Shown one piece after another: positions 42,586 through 55,001 of a DNA stretch of 64,000 nt. The DNA comes from Eledone cirrhosa (lineage: Eukaryota): NCBI GenBank assembly GCA_964016885.1, contig OZ024741.1, forward strand, positions 347,076,001 through 347,140,000, read 5' to 3'. A program made the translations under genes and the position numbers. How positions within the stretch are numbered: position 1 is the first letter of the stretch; every line of letters starts with the position of its first letter. The notes under the pieces were generated by a model. That model saw nothing but the letters and a program-made list of their open reading frames with translations. It searched no databases and was not told the origin of the DNA.

Positions 42586-43569
42586 GGTCATAAAGATAAA
42601 CTACAGTATATAGTGAATAAGGACAACATAAACAATCCTAGTAATTTCTACTCCAACCGCTCACATAATAATAGGAATAGCTTGACTAGACATAGGGTTA
42701 GACATGTAACACCTAGAGTAAACGGCCAAAACACTAATAACGTAAACCCTAGAAACAATAGAAGAAACAGACAAAGGAAATACCTATGGTTCAACCCAAT
42801 ATTCAACTCCTCTATAAAAACTAGACTGCCCTCTATATTCTTTAAACTAATAGATAAACACTTCCCTATCTCGCATAGATATCACAAACTACTCAATAGA
42901 TCTACTATAAAACTCTCTTTTTCAACAGCAGCTAACATAGAATCACACATACGCAAGATCAACCGCAGAAATATCTCAAGTAAATCAATTGCACCTATAC
43001 ATAAGCATAAACTCATCACAACATCACAACCACAAGCGCATACAAACGCGCAGCAGCAAAACCCCATTGGGCATATATCACAACCCACTTATAACAGGGT
43101 ACTAAATAGGAATGTAAAAGCTGCACATAATAGCGCCTCAAACTGCAACTGTCACCTCCCAGATAGGTGCCCATTGGCGAATAGATGTCTCGATTCGAGC
43201 CTGGTGTACATGTGCACTGTCATCTCGGGTAACTCCACTTGGAATTACATAGGATCTACCGCGGGTTCTTTTAAGAAAAGATGGTATGTGCACAGGCACT
43301 CGATGAAAAACCGAGCTCTTATGGGTTCCACCACCCTCGCCAGAAAAATATGGGAATTGAAGGACAGCAACGCTAGCTACACTATCAACTGGTCGAAGTT
43401 GTCGGCTGCTAAAACCTATAGTACAGGTATGTCCTATTGCGGGCTGTGTGATCTTGAGCTATTGTATATCCTTAGAAATGTTAAAAGACTACTTAATAAT
43501 AAGTTAGAAAGATCTATCTTCTGCAGGCATAGAATAGCCACTAAATTCATAAGATTCAAACCTCCGTGA
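42586..43569 (+). pseudogene. Inverted 5'-truncated copy of the ORF 3' part (linker and GIY-YIG), frame intact
   Basis: ORF 42613-43569 is near-identical to the reverse complement of ~39033-40017. Confidence 0.9.
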
Positions 43570-43901
43570 ATCGAACCAACATAACATAGCTTTAAATTAG
43601 GATACCTACTACCCACAAAAAATATATATTCATTAAGTATACTATTTCCTTCACAAGTCTATACCACACAATAGTCTGTAAATACCTCATCTACCAACAA
43701 TCTTACTCCTTCTCAGCTGCTGCAATCATTTGATCCTAGATCCTAGTTTTTCTCATTTCACTACTACAATGTTACTTTACCTTCTTTTTGCCATATTACA
43801 ATTAGCACGCTTTTCTCTTTGCATGTATGTATATTTTTGTACGAGTGTATATTAGTGTGTATGTATGTGTCTATGTACACATATATGTGTATATGTATTT
43901 A

Positions 43902-43971
<70 letters not shown>

Positions 43972-44332
43972 TAGATATATGCGTATATTAATTCGTTAAC
44001 CTCTGTATTAACTCTACAACTATTGAGCTTTGACAGTGGTCCCACTCATGTATACGGTTGAAGATGAAGAGAAAGACTGTAAAAACTAGCTTATCTTTAT
44101 AAATTAAAATTGATACACACTACGATACTTTTTGCCTTATGACAGCTGGTTTTCACGCCGTAACATTAGATACATTATATACCCCCCACCTAAGTAATGT
44201 CAGGGTCTCCTTAAATAGTTTATTGATAGCATTGTTGTAATAATTGTTGTTGTTTATTGTTCTAATTGAATGCCATAACTACTCCATATTTTCTTTTATT
44301 TTCTTGCCTGTGTATTTTCTTCATTCTCGCAT

Positions 44333-44438
44333 GCTCCGAAGATCTGACTGGTTATAATTCTGTATTGGCGATCGAGTGACGCAAAATTAGGCGGATAGCG
44401 ATCTCTAGACATACCAGTTCAGTGAAACAAATGTAAGC
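44333..44438 (+). ncRNA. Same hammerhead motif in the inverted pLTR
   Basis: Reverse complement of 38164-38269. Confidence 0.7.
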
Positions 44439-44491
44439 TATGTGATTAAAAACTTTTTTGTATAGCAAACCATGTAAACCTTCTTTCCTGA

Positions 44492-44543
<52 letters not shown>

Positions 44544-44816
44544 CAGCAGTGATATAAACAGGTATTTACGTTTCGTTGGGTTCTGGGCCCCAACTCATTC
44601 AGCCTATCATGGACACGAGGAGATCGCCGGGGCACAGTATTGACATACGGCCTTTCTTATGGCATTGATTCTGTCATTGAAATGAATCTAATTTACATAC
44701 AAATAATATATATGTATTGATTTCCTAATTACTAATGAAAACAGACTGAAGGCTTTTTGTACAACTCTTGTTTCTGCTTCTACTTTTTTGAACCATTACT
44801 ACTACTACTACTGCTG

Positions 44817-44850
<34 letters not shown>

Positions 44851-45467
44851 ACAGACTCTCTCACGCATATGTGAGTGTTTGTGTGTGTGTATGTAATATT
44901 GAATCTTATAGTAAGTCGTAAGTAATGTAGTGGAATTAAGAATAATATTCAGGAAATATGTTGCATGGTTAGTTGGATAACTTATCTATGCTGCAATGGT
45001 GACTATCACAAAAAATCGGCAGCAATAACGCATGTGTCAAAGAAAAACACGTGGCCACTAGCGTTTTGCACAATTCAATCCAAAAAATTGATATGTGGAC
45101 CAATTTCGTATATCCCAAATGAATGTTCAATTAATTTGGGATATACGAAATTTATGAAAAAATATCCCATATTTTATTCTCATAAATTTATGCTATTGTC
45201 CTCTAGCATTATTATTTCTGTTAAATGATATATTTTTTATTATGAAAATTGCGAACGATGAAAACTATTAATAATCCTTTTCTTTACGTATGTACGCTGC
45301 TGATTGATCTGATATCCAGTAAATTTCTAAAAAGAATGCGACGTAGATTTCGCTATCTTTTTTGCCTTAAACAAGCAATTAGGTATTGTGCACCCAATGT
45401 AATATATTTAAGCAAAATTAATTCTAAATGTCTTGAAAGTATCTACTTTTTGAGAATCATTAGTAAA

Positions 45468-45657
45468 TAATTGTTTCTACTTTAGGCACAAAGCCAGCAA
45501 TTACCCAGTACATTACTGGTACTTTATTTTATCGACCCCGTAAGGATGAAAGGCAAAGTTAACCTCGGCGGGATTTGAACTCAGACTGTAAAGGGACGTA
45601 ACTATGCTAGAAAGCATGGCGTCCAACCCTCTACCGATACTGCCAATTCACCGCCCT
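45468..45657 (-). mobile_element. Nin-type octopus SINE
   Basis: Reverse complement of the 5722-5910 family. Flanked by a cattagtaa repeat. Confidence 0.85.
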
Positions 45658-45668
45658 AGCATTAGTAA

Positions 45669-45853
45669 ATAATTGTTTCTACATTTGGCACAAGGCCAAC
45701 AATTACTCAGTGCATTACTGGTACCTTATTTTATCGACCCTGTAGAGATGAAAGGCAAAGTTAACCTCGGCGGGATTTGAACTCAGAATGGCAAGGGCCG
45801 TATATCTATGCGTCAAAGCATGGCGTCCGACCCTCTACCGATACTGCCAATTC
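45669..45853 (-). mobile_element. Second adjacent Nin-type SINE (subfamily of 35987-36170)
   Basis: Shares the tttgacgcataga variant with 35987-36170. Confidence 0.85.
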
Positions 45854-48511
45854 AATGCGAGATGTTTTGATACTTTTTCGGAATATATTACTTGCTTCAA
45901 TCAATTGAAACGCCTTTTATCAATCCATTGATATTCATTGGCACACGTCATTATGTGCATCGTTGCTTATATGATTATTCATTGTACTTATATTTGAATC
46001 GAAATTTATATTGAAACTTTTTACAGTTATTTTTCTCGTATTGTCATTACGAGTGTGTTTTATGAAAGTAACTTAACACCGCACAATGTGATACTGAACT
46101 TCTACTTGACACCATATTTCTGAAGACGATCATTTTATAAGTTTGAATATCTAATCAGTTCTATTAATTCAATTATGATATGCATAAATGGAAATTATAA
46201 AATGATATTTGCATATATATTTTTCAAGTTTATGTAAATGGTGGGTGTTGTAATTTTAATTCGGAAATTATTACAATACTTATATGTGCTTGCAAATCAA
46301 GGATATAGTCACTAGTAACACTAGTAACATTAGTTCCTTGAACAAAGCCGGCCTTACGAACGAGAGAAACAAAAGTTACATCAATATTAGCATCAATAAT
46401 TGCAACCCCGACAATTACTAAACTTTAAAACCATGATCACAAAGTAATACATTAATAATACCAAACAAAATAACAATAAATATATAAATGAACAAGACAA
46501 GAATAACCACTGAGATTTAAACACAATCGTTCCAAGTTGAAATATATATAATGATTTTTGATTTAGGCATAAAGCCAACAATTTTGCGTCACTGGTACTT
46601 TAGTTGATGACACCTGTATGACTAAAATGCAAATTAATATAGGAGAGATTTGAACGCAAAATACCAATGGACGTAACGATATACAGTGGTATATAGATGC
46701 TGCTAATCAAATACTGAAGCATTAACATTAACAAAATTAAATACGTTTGGAATAAATGTCAACGAAGCGGATGCTATTAAAATTCAAAAGACCGGAAGAG
46801 ACACAAAAATAGATCACCATTCCGTATGACATTTAAAAATACACCAAATTGAAAGCTCCCGGTTGTTACAAGAAAGGATGTATGCCAACTTTGCAATCAA
46901 AATTGAAGATATTGACACAATCTTTTCATAACAATATATTCGAGGGTCTACAGATTCAAAGAATGGTACACCAGGAAACAACAATTTAAAACAAACAAAC
47001 TTTAATCTTATTAGATAGAAAGAATAACAATCATTTGAAAAATTATCAATGAACAGACTCATTCTTACAACAACAAAAAGAAAACACCAGTAAAATTGAA
47101 CAATTTACTTGCCAACGTCAACAACATATCCATTTGTAAATTTAATACGGGAAAACGGCAACGGTTAAAGGCTTAAATGATGATATATTCGGAAGGAGGT
47201 CCTTATGATGGTTGTTTTAGTCACAACATTCCCGGTGTCATACCTTGAGGTCGTTCTTTACTTGTATGTCACAATCGTTTGCTTTTCGGAATTTCAAATC
47301 GAAGTATTTATCCATTCGAAAGTATAGATTGTTCCATTCCGTTGTTTATTGCTTGAAAGAAAGTTTAATTAACTTAATGTATCCAAGAACCGAACTTTCT
47401 AGCAGTGAAGGTTATTATTTATTTGTACTTGTATTGTAATTATATTGCCAGATCTAAATGTGAAATCTTAAATTACACATCACAACCATCAACGCATCGA
47501 CATGACAACAGTCGCAGAGTGACGTCACTATCACCTTCATCGTAGGAACCATTGCCGTTGATTTCGTCGTTGTCGTCATCTTTATCATCTTTATCATCAT
47601 CATTATCATTATCATTCAGAATTTCATCAACATTATCCACCTTAACATCTGCATCACTAACAGCATCATCATTAGCATCAGCACCAGCATCATATGTAAC
47701 ACATTGCTATTGATATATATATATATATATATGAACAGGCGAATGAGATGTCATGTGCCGAGAAGAAATGTATAGAATAGTTTCGGTATCTTGATGTTTG
47801 ATAGAGTGAGGGTTACATGTTTTAGAGTCATCGTTGGTAATTAACTCCATGTCCGCCATACGTGGGTAAACAACATATTAAAGATCGTTTAGCTTTTGAT
47901 TATCCTATTTAAAATTGTACATTTATATAAACAGATTCTCAGATATGTCTCAAGAGGACATGTTTAGATAGATTTTCGATATGGCTGCTGTTACTGATTC
48001 GTCGCCAAGCCAAATTCAACTGCGCTGTAGATATTGATAAATATATATACTATTCATGATCATTGGAACAAAATATTCACGATCAAATAAATGAATATTA
48101 AAAAAGAAAACATTGACATTCAAAGGCACCAACTTAAAAAACAAATTTAATCTTATAGTAATCGAGTTTAACACCAATAAAACAATTTTCATTCATAAAA
48201 TAAATATTATACTCTGCCTCTCTTTCTCTTTCTATACTGCATTTACACATTGAAAACCATCTATAATACTTACCCACATGTAACTCTCATCACTGTAATA
48301 AAGAATTCCGTTAATTGTTGCGCCCGACGGAAAATGATTAAATACATCGACTGAAATAATGAAAGGAAAATTTGTCTCCGGTGGGACATGAAAACACAAT
48401 GTAGAGAACAGGAAGCATACAGCAATGGTCTAGCTGTTCTTCCTATTTCATAATGCTATAATCAGTACTGATATAGAGATTACTAGATGTACAATATATA
48501 TATATATATAG

Positions 48512-48739
48512 TATATCAACTAGAAATTGATTGACATATATATATATCTAAAATAAACATATGAAACAATCACAGGGAATAATTTGTAAAAGTGTGTAAG
48601 CACACATAGCTAGGTAGGTAGCTAGGTAGGTAACTACGTAGCTATATGTGCTTACACACTTTTACAAATTATTCCCTGTGATTGTTTCATATGTTTATTT
48701 TAGATATATATATATGTCAATCAATTTCTAGTTGATATA
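48512..48739. repeat. Near-perfect ~100-bp-arm palindrome
   Basis: tatatcaactagaaattg...aagcacacatagcta / tagctatatgtgcttac...tttctagttgatata, with a (TAGG)-like spacer. Confidence 0.9.
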
Positions 48740-48822
48740 AAATGCTCGGATCCATTCATTGGTATCTTTGAGCATATTCTACAGTGGATATGGCGCATGT
48801 CTCTCAGATATGACACTCTTAA

Positions 48823-48871
<49 letters not shown>

Positions 48872-49025
48872 TTTCTTTTAATATGATTTTAATTTTTGAA
48901 TGTAAATTGCCATGCTAAAATATTATAATTGATGTCACTCCACTGTGCATCGATATATACATATGTTTCTGTATGTCTCCTGTGTTGGAAAGGAGGTCAT
49001 GTATGTAAACAATCATTGAAAAATT

Positions 49026-49071
49026 GCTCCGAAGACACCAAAACCTCGGTTTGGACGAAACAGTTGTAAGC
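49026..49071 (+). ncRNA. Type I hammerhead motif, C4 variant, solo pLTR remnant
   Basis: gct-CCGAAGA-ca-ccaaa-acctcgg-tttgg-ac-GAAA-c-agtt-g-TA-agc followed by taataaa and (TA)n. Related to 11162-11206. Confidence 0.68.
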
Positions 49072-49621
49072 TAATAAATGGTTTGAACAGAACTTTGATT
49101 CATTTGATTTCTATATATATATATATATATATATACAGAAATATCCATGGTTAGTTGTGGGGTCTAGTCTGCATGAAGAACTCAAATTTAATCCATATGT
49201 TGAAAATGTTGTAGGTTAAAATAAATCCCGGAAAACAGTAAAACATCAAAAGGAAAACAGAGTCATGATATAAGTTAAAACAATGAAATAAAAATTCAAG
49301 TCATTAGAGATATACTTCATTGCTTTACGATATTTTCTAGGTGATTATAATACATCGTACGCATATTTCGTTATCGATCTATGTAAGGTTAGTTACAAAA
49401 TATCAAATAAAGAATATATTTACATACGTGTATATCGTCGACCGGTTGCATTAGAGGTCATGTGTAAACGATTCACGCCAAACAAATCGATTTAAAATAG
49501 GAATATATTGCAAAGGAAAATGATGATCAAGATCGACATCAAAAGTCAACCTGTTCAGAAAATAGGTAAGAAAGTATGTGTCAATGATATGTGTCTACAT
49601 ACATAAAGGCACCCCCCCCCC

Positions 49622-49659
<38 letters not shown>

Positions 49660-49939
49660 CAAAATTAAATCGGAATATCGAAATTCGAATCGCGAATGTA
49701 TTAGAATTCGTAGGAAAAGGGAGAACTTGGCGTTAATGATGCTGTTAAAACCGCAAAATAGGGTAGAAACAGCGTTGCATAAAACGTTGGCTCGAACAAT
49801 TGATAGGAAGGAAGAAATAGAATGGAAGAGGAGCGATCACAAACATTTAAATACACATATCAGCCTCTGGTCTGAAAGCTTTCTATAGATTGCTTGAGCC
49901 GCTGATTTCTGCCCTTCGAGGTACTGTTTAACACAACAC

Positions 49940-50136
49940 CGTCTCAACGACATCCAGAGTTGACATTGCACTCAGTGCTCCTGTGGGAGCCCCTACATGG
50001 ACACACTGGAAGAGGAAGACCAAGGTTAACGTATGTCGATGCCCTAAGGACAGACACTGGTCTGTTGGAGACGCAGGACATGGCAGCGATAATGAGGGAC
50101 AGAAACCGCTGGAGAGAACTCGGGAATTTTACCCGT

Positions 50137-50138
<2 letters not shown>
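49940..50138 (+). mobile_element. RTE-type LINE extreme 3' fragment
   Basis: LHSVLLWEPLHGHTGRGRPRLTYVDALRTDTG...MRDRNRWR. Confidence 0.7.
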
Positions 50139-50185
<47 letters not shown>

Positions 50186-50341
50186 ATATTTTAGAATCAG
50201 CGAGCAAGTTTGAAGTTATTATAAGTTTGAAATTATTATAATGCACATGTACGCCAATACTCAACTTTTTCCATTTCTCCGAGGGGTCTTAACCCCACTA
50301 TCAGCCTAAATAATGTCTTTAATTTCTTTAATCAAAATACG

Positions 50342-50397
<56 letters not shown>

Positions 50398-50536
50398 TTA
50401 ATTATGTAATAAGCAACACAATATAATTATTCCATTACCCAAAGTCACACTATTCTAAAAGAGAGGCGTCTGAAGGCGTTCATCAAAAACTTGGGAAATG
50501 GAATAATTATATTGTGCTGTTTATTACATAATTAAA
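50398..50536. repeat. Imperfect inverted repeat (~45-bp arms)
   Basis: ttaattatgtaataa...ttccattacccaa / ttgggaaatggaataatt...ttattacataattaa. Confidence 0.75.
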
Positions 50537-50595
50537 TAGCTCTGTACTATACATAGAGCACCCTTCTTTCCTTTACCTCTTCCAGGGAAATACTT

Positions 50596-50659
<64 letters not shown>

Positions 50660-50690
50660 AAAAAATAGAGGTGTAACACACGAGTTGTGA

Positions 50691-51090
50691 TATATTAGTA
50701 AAAGGAAAAGAAAATGCTGACAAAATTTTCCCAGTGAAAAATAGTTTAATTAGGAATAAATATAAATTAGTAATAAGTATTGGTTAGTATTCAGTTTTAG
50801 TTTTAAGTTTTTACCGGTTGCGCATTCCAATGCTTTTCAAAAATAATTTTGAGATAGAGCGCTCGTGTTGTTTTCTCTAAACCGCAATTGGAGCAAACAT
50901 CACGATTAGAGCAACCAGCACGAGCGCTCTATCTCAAAATATTCTTGAAAATCATTAGAAATGCGCAACAGGTAAAAACTTAAAACTAAAACTGAATACT
51001 AACCAATACTTATTACTAATTTATACTTATTCCTAATTAAAGTATTTTTCACTGGGAAAAATTTGTCAGCATTTTCTTTTGCTTTTACTA

Positions 51091-51092
<2 letters not shown>
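50691..51092. repeat. ~190-bp-arm inverted repeat with a degenerate HHR in each arm
   Basis: Arms 50691-50880 and 50906-51092. The left arm on the minus strand reads ttt-TTGAAAA-gcatt-gg-aatgc-GCAA-c-cg-g-TA-aaa. Confidence 0.85.
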
Positions 51093-51122
<30 letters not shown>

Positions 51123-51166
51123 AAGTTAAATAAAAGTCAAATGATTAAAATTTAGCTTCGTTTATT

Positions 51167-51221
51167 ACTGCTATATATATTTCAGTGACAGCCATCTTTG
51201 GCTGTGACCTCTTCAGGCAGT
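51167..51221 (-). ncRNA. Type I hammerhead ribozyme (inverted pLTR)
   Basis: actgc-CTGAAGA-ggtc-acagcca-aaga-tggctgt-cact-GAAA-tatata-TA-gcagt, followed by aataaa. Confidence 0.85.
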
Positions 51222-52420
51222 TTGAATTAGTATGGTATAGACAAGTACATATGTTGTTTAGGTGTATGATATTGTCAATACTCTGATATGCCCAGTTCCT
51301 TGTTGGGTTGTTAATTCACTGGGGAACTGGAGTCATATGAATTCAAACAAACGAATTTTAGTGTCACAGGTCCCCTTCTCCTCTCATTGGTCAGTTATTA
51401 GTGTTGTCATTGTTGGAGTTAGCTTAAAAATTGATAAAATGGTAGAAGGGACAAGGTGTTGAAGGAACAAAATATCAAAAAATGTGTCAAACTTCCCATT
51501 GTTCAGTTCTGAGAGCATTCCTCAGTCAGAAGTCTATAGAATTCTTTCTGGGGTGAGGCTTCCTGTAGTGTTTATGCCTGCTATTGTTCAGTACATTTGA
51601 CCTCCACCATTATTTTGGTACTGTTGTTGTTGTAGTGGTCAGCTTATATCTTGCTGCTGCTAACAATTTAGAAGTATTCAGTTTGTGTTTTCTCTTCATC
51701 CCACCCGCCACCATCGTAGTGGTGGTGGCGGTGGGGGGGGGGGGGGGGTTATTTCATGTATATGAAGAAATATAAGGCAATAAATGAAGAAAACAGAAGA
51801 TAAATAAATAATATAATAAAATAAAATAATTAATATAATTTGTGTAATTTGAAAATAAATAAATAAATAGAGAATAAAGAATAAAGAGTAAATGAGAGAT
51901 TGGTGAAAAAGTAATGATAATGTATATGGAGAAGTGAGAAATAATGTAGGATAAAGTGTGTGTGTGTGTGTGCTATAACCAATCTCAAGGTCAGAATATG
52001 TTGGATAAATTGGTATGATACAAGATGTTAAGATGAGATATTCAATGTGTTTGTGTTATAATCTATCTCAACTTAAAATAAATATAAATATAAGGTTATA
52101 CAGTGAAGAGGGCAGAAAACAAATAACAAATTAATATAGAGAAATCAAGATTTAAGATTGGAACTTTAAAGTCAGAAATCTGGTAAATTAAAAGTGTTTG
52201 TGTTATAGATGTTGGCCAGATTATTATGGCTGTGTCCGATTCTGTCTCTAGGCTATCATGGTGTCTGCTCCGCCTGGGTTGTTCCCTATGGCTTGAGGGG
52301 AGTTCACAACCTAGGGTGTTGTAATTGTCCATATAGCTTGAGGGAGGTCTGGCCGAGATGTGTTTTCATGTTCTGTAGAAGTCCCTATAGCTTGAGGGGA
52401 GTTCACATCTTCTTGTGTTG

Positions 52421-53764
52421 CTACTGTCCATATATTTTGAGAAAGGTCCCGGCTCTAAGGTGTCTGCATGTCCCGAAGAAGTCGGTTCTGAGGTTTATCA
52501 GGCCGCTTCCACCTCTTAGTATCTCGAGGGTCTCGTTCAGGCATAGTTTGCATATGCAAGATCCCCCTTTATCGGGTGGTACTTTCCTGATTATGTACCA
52601 GGCCAGAGAGTATGGGGTCCTGTCCAGCTAAAGCTTCCAGATCAGGTCGGAGAGAGCTGTGCTTTTCCTTTTGGCCTCTTTCTTGAATGAATGGCGATGG
52701 TTGTACCAGCGGTCCTTAAAGCTCGTTGATGTGGCTCCTATGTAGAGGTGTTCGGAGTTGGGGGTTTTAACCCTACAACCGTACACTATGTTCTTCTTGA
52801 GACATTCATTACCAAGGGGGCATGATTCGGGGTTTCTACAGTTGCAGAGGGTGGGCGGCCTCTGCGTGCTTAGATTAGGGTTCTCATTATGTGTTACATG
52901 TTGGTCATACCCCATGCTCGGTGGGGGGTCCTTGGGTCTGTTTGTGTTTCTTGGGTGGGCTCTGGGTCCCCCCTTCCCTCCTTTCACATGGTTCTGCTGA
53001 GTGTTTGTATTGCCATCTTCTGGTTGTGTGTGGTTTTTAAGCCTACTTCTGTTGATGCTAGCTATGTGTTGGGCCAAATTTCTCGTGGCGGAATACGAAA
53101 GCTTCACAGTGTGTCTGTTGAAGATCCTGTGGTATCTGTGGTCCCTCGGGAAGCATTTGTCAAGTGCTCCAAAGAACAATCGGGCCAAGCTTTTCTTTAG
53201 GGCCGCTGAGTAGGGTGGGTTGTACCACGTGATTTGTCGGTGTCTCCTCCTATATGTGTGGGTTGGGGGCTTCGTGATTTGTTGGAGATTTGTTGGTTTG
53301 CTGGTAGTTTCCGCACTGTTGCTTCCCTTTTGGGCTCTATACTTTCTGTTATCTTTACGGCCCGGATTTGTGGGGTGGTTGTTGTCTGCCCCGGGAGATC
53401 CATCGTGGGGTGGTCGCCCGTTTCCTACCCCCCCACGTGTCCTGCGGTTGGGGTTGTCCGTCCTGGGGTAGTTAGCATCACGCCTGAGACTGCTACTCAT
53501 ATTGTGCTCCATCTCGTGGTCAAGCGCACTAGTCCCCACCGCCCGTGTGGTGGTGTCTGGTACATGGTGCCTATTTGATTTTGCTCTGCTTGTATTGTTA
53601 GGGTTCGCCCTCCCCCCTCTGGTAACGCGGTTGTGGGTGTCTGTTGGACTATCCACCTCCCGGCTTTTCGGACTATATGTTATATTTTGTCCATGTGCCG
53701 CCTTCTTTAGAGCTGCGTTGTAATATTCCGCGTTGTAATATTCCGCGTTGTAATATTCCGCGTG
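52421..53764 (-). pseudogene. Inverted 5'-truncated copy of the ORF 3' half, with AAG>TAG stop at 52628-52630
   Basis: ORF 52628-53656 matches the forward ORF without the poly-G frameshift. Confidence 0.9.
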
Positions 53765-54744
53765 CTATAACACAAACACTTTTAATTTACCAGATTTCTG
53801 ACTTTAAAGTTTCAATCTTAAATCTTGATTTCTCTATATTAATTTGTTATTTGTTTTCTGCCCTCTTCACTGTATAACCTTATATTTATATTTATTTTAA
53901 GTTGAGATAGATTATAACACAAACACATTGAATATCTCATCTTAACATCTTGTATCATACCAATCTATCCAACATATTCTGACCTTGAGATTGGTTATAG
54001 CACACACACACACACACTTTATCCTACATTATTTCTCACTTCTCCATATACATTATCATTACTTTTTCACCAATCTCTCATTTACTCTTTATTCTTTATT
54101 CTCTATTTATTTATTTATTTTCAAATTACACAAATTATATTAATTATTTTATTTTATTATATTATTTATTTATCTTCTGTTTTCTTCATTTATTGCCTTA
54201 TATTTCTTCATATACATGAAATAACCCCCCCCCACCGCCACCACCACTACGATGGTGGCGGGTGGGATGAAGAGAAAACACAAACTGAATACTTCTAAAT
54301 TGTTAGCAGCAGCAAGATATAAGCTGACCACTACAACAACAACAGTACCAAAATAATGGTGGAGGTCAAATGTACTGAACAATAGCAGGCATAAACACTA
54401 CAAGGAGCCTCACCCCAGAAAGAATTCTATATACTTCTGACTGAGGAATGCTCTCAGAACTGAACAATGGGAAGTTTGACACATTTTTTGATATTTTGTT
54501 CCTTCAACACCTTGTCCCTTCTACCATTTTATCAATTTTTAAGCTAACTCCAACAATGACAACACTAATAACTGACCAATGAGAGGAGAAGGGGACCTGT
54601 GACACTAAAATTCGTTTGTTTGAATTCATATGACTCCAGTTCCCCAGTGAATTAACAACCCAACAAGGAACTGGGCATATCAGAGTATTGACAATATCAT
54701 ACACCTAAACAACATATGTACTTGTCTATACCATACTAATTCAA

Positions 54745-54799
54745 ACTGCCTGAAGAGGTCACAGCCAAAGATGGCTGTCACTGAAATATATATAGCAGT
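54745..54799 (+). ncRNA. Type I hammerhead ribozyme (5' pLTR)
   Basis: Identical motif, with a perfect 5-bp stem I (actgc/gcagt). Confidence 0.85.
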
Positions 54800-55001
54800 A
54801 ATAAACGAAGCTAAATTTTAATCATTTGACTTTTATTTAACTTTATTTTACACTACTCCGGAGTAACCAAACCAACCTGCGCACTTCGTCGAGTGCTCCA
54901 GCCTGCATACTGAGGTGTTGGTATACAACCAACATAAACTCAAAATCTATCTAGCTCCCACACGGGTTGAGCGCTTCAAACAGTAGCGGACCTAAGTCAC
55001 T

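Larger units (their letters stand above)
37937..44492 (-). mobile_element. Young Naiad-type PLE: pLTR-ORF-pLTR partial tandem plus inverted 3' copy
   Basis: 3' pLTR 37937-39032; ORF 39033-41417; near-identical 5' pLTR 41463-42585; inversion at 42583-42585; plus-strand copy of the ORF 3' part and pLTR 42586-44492. (TA)n at both ends. Confidence 0.95.
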
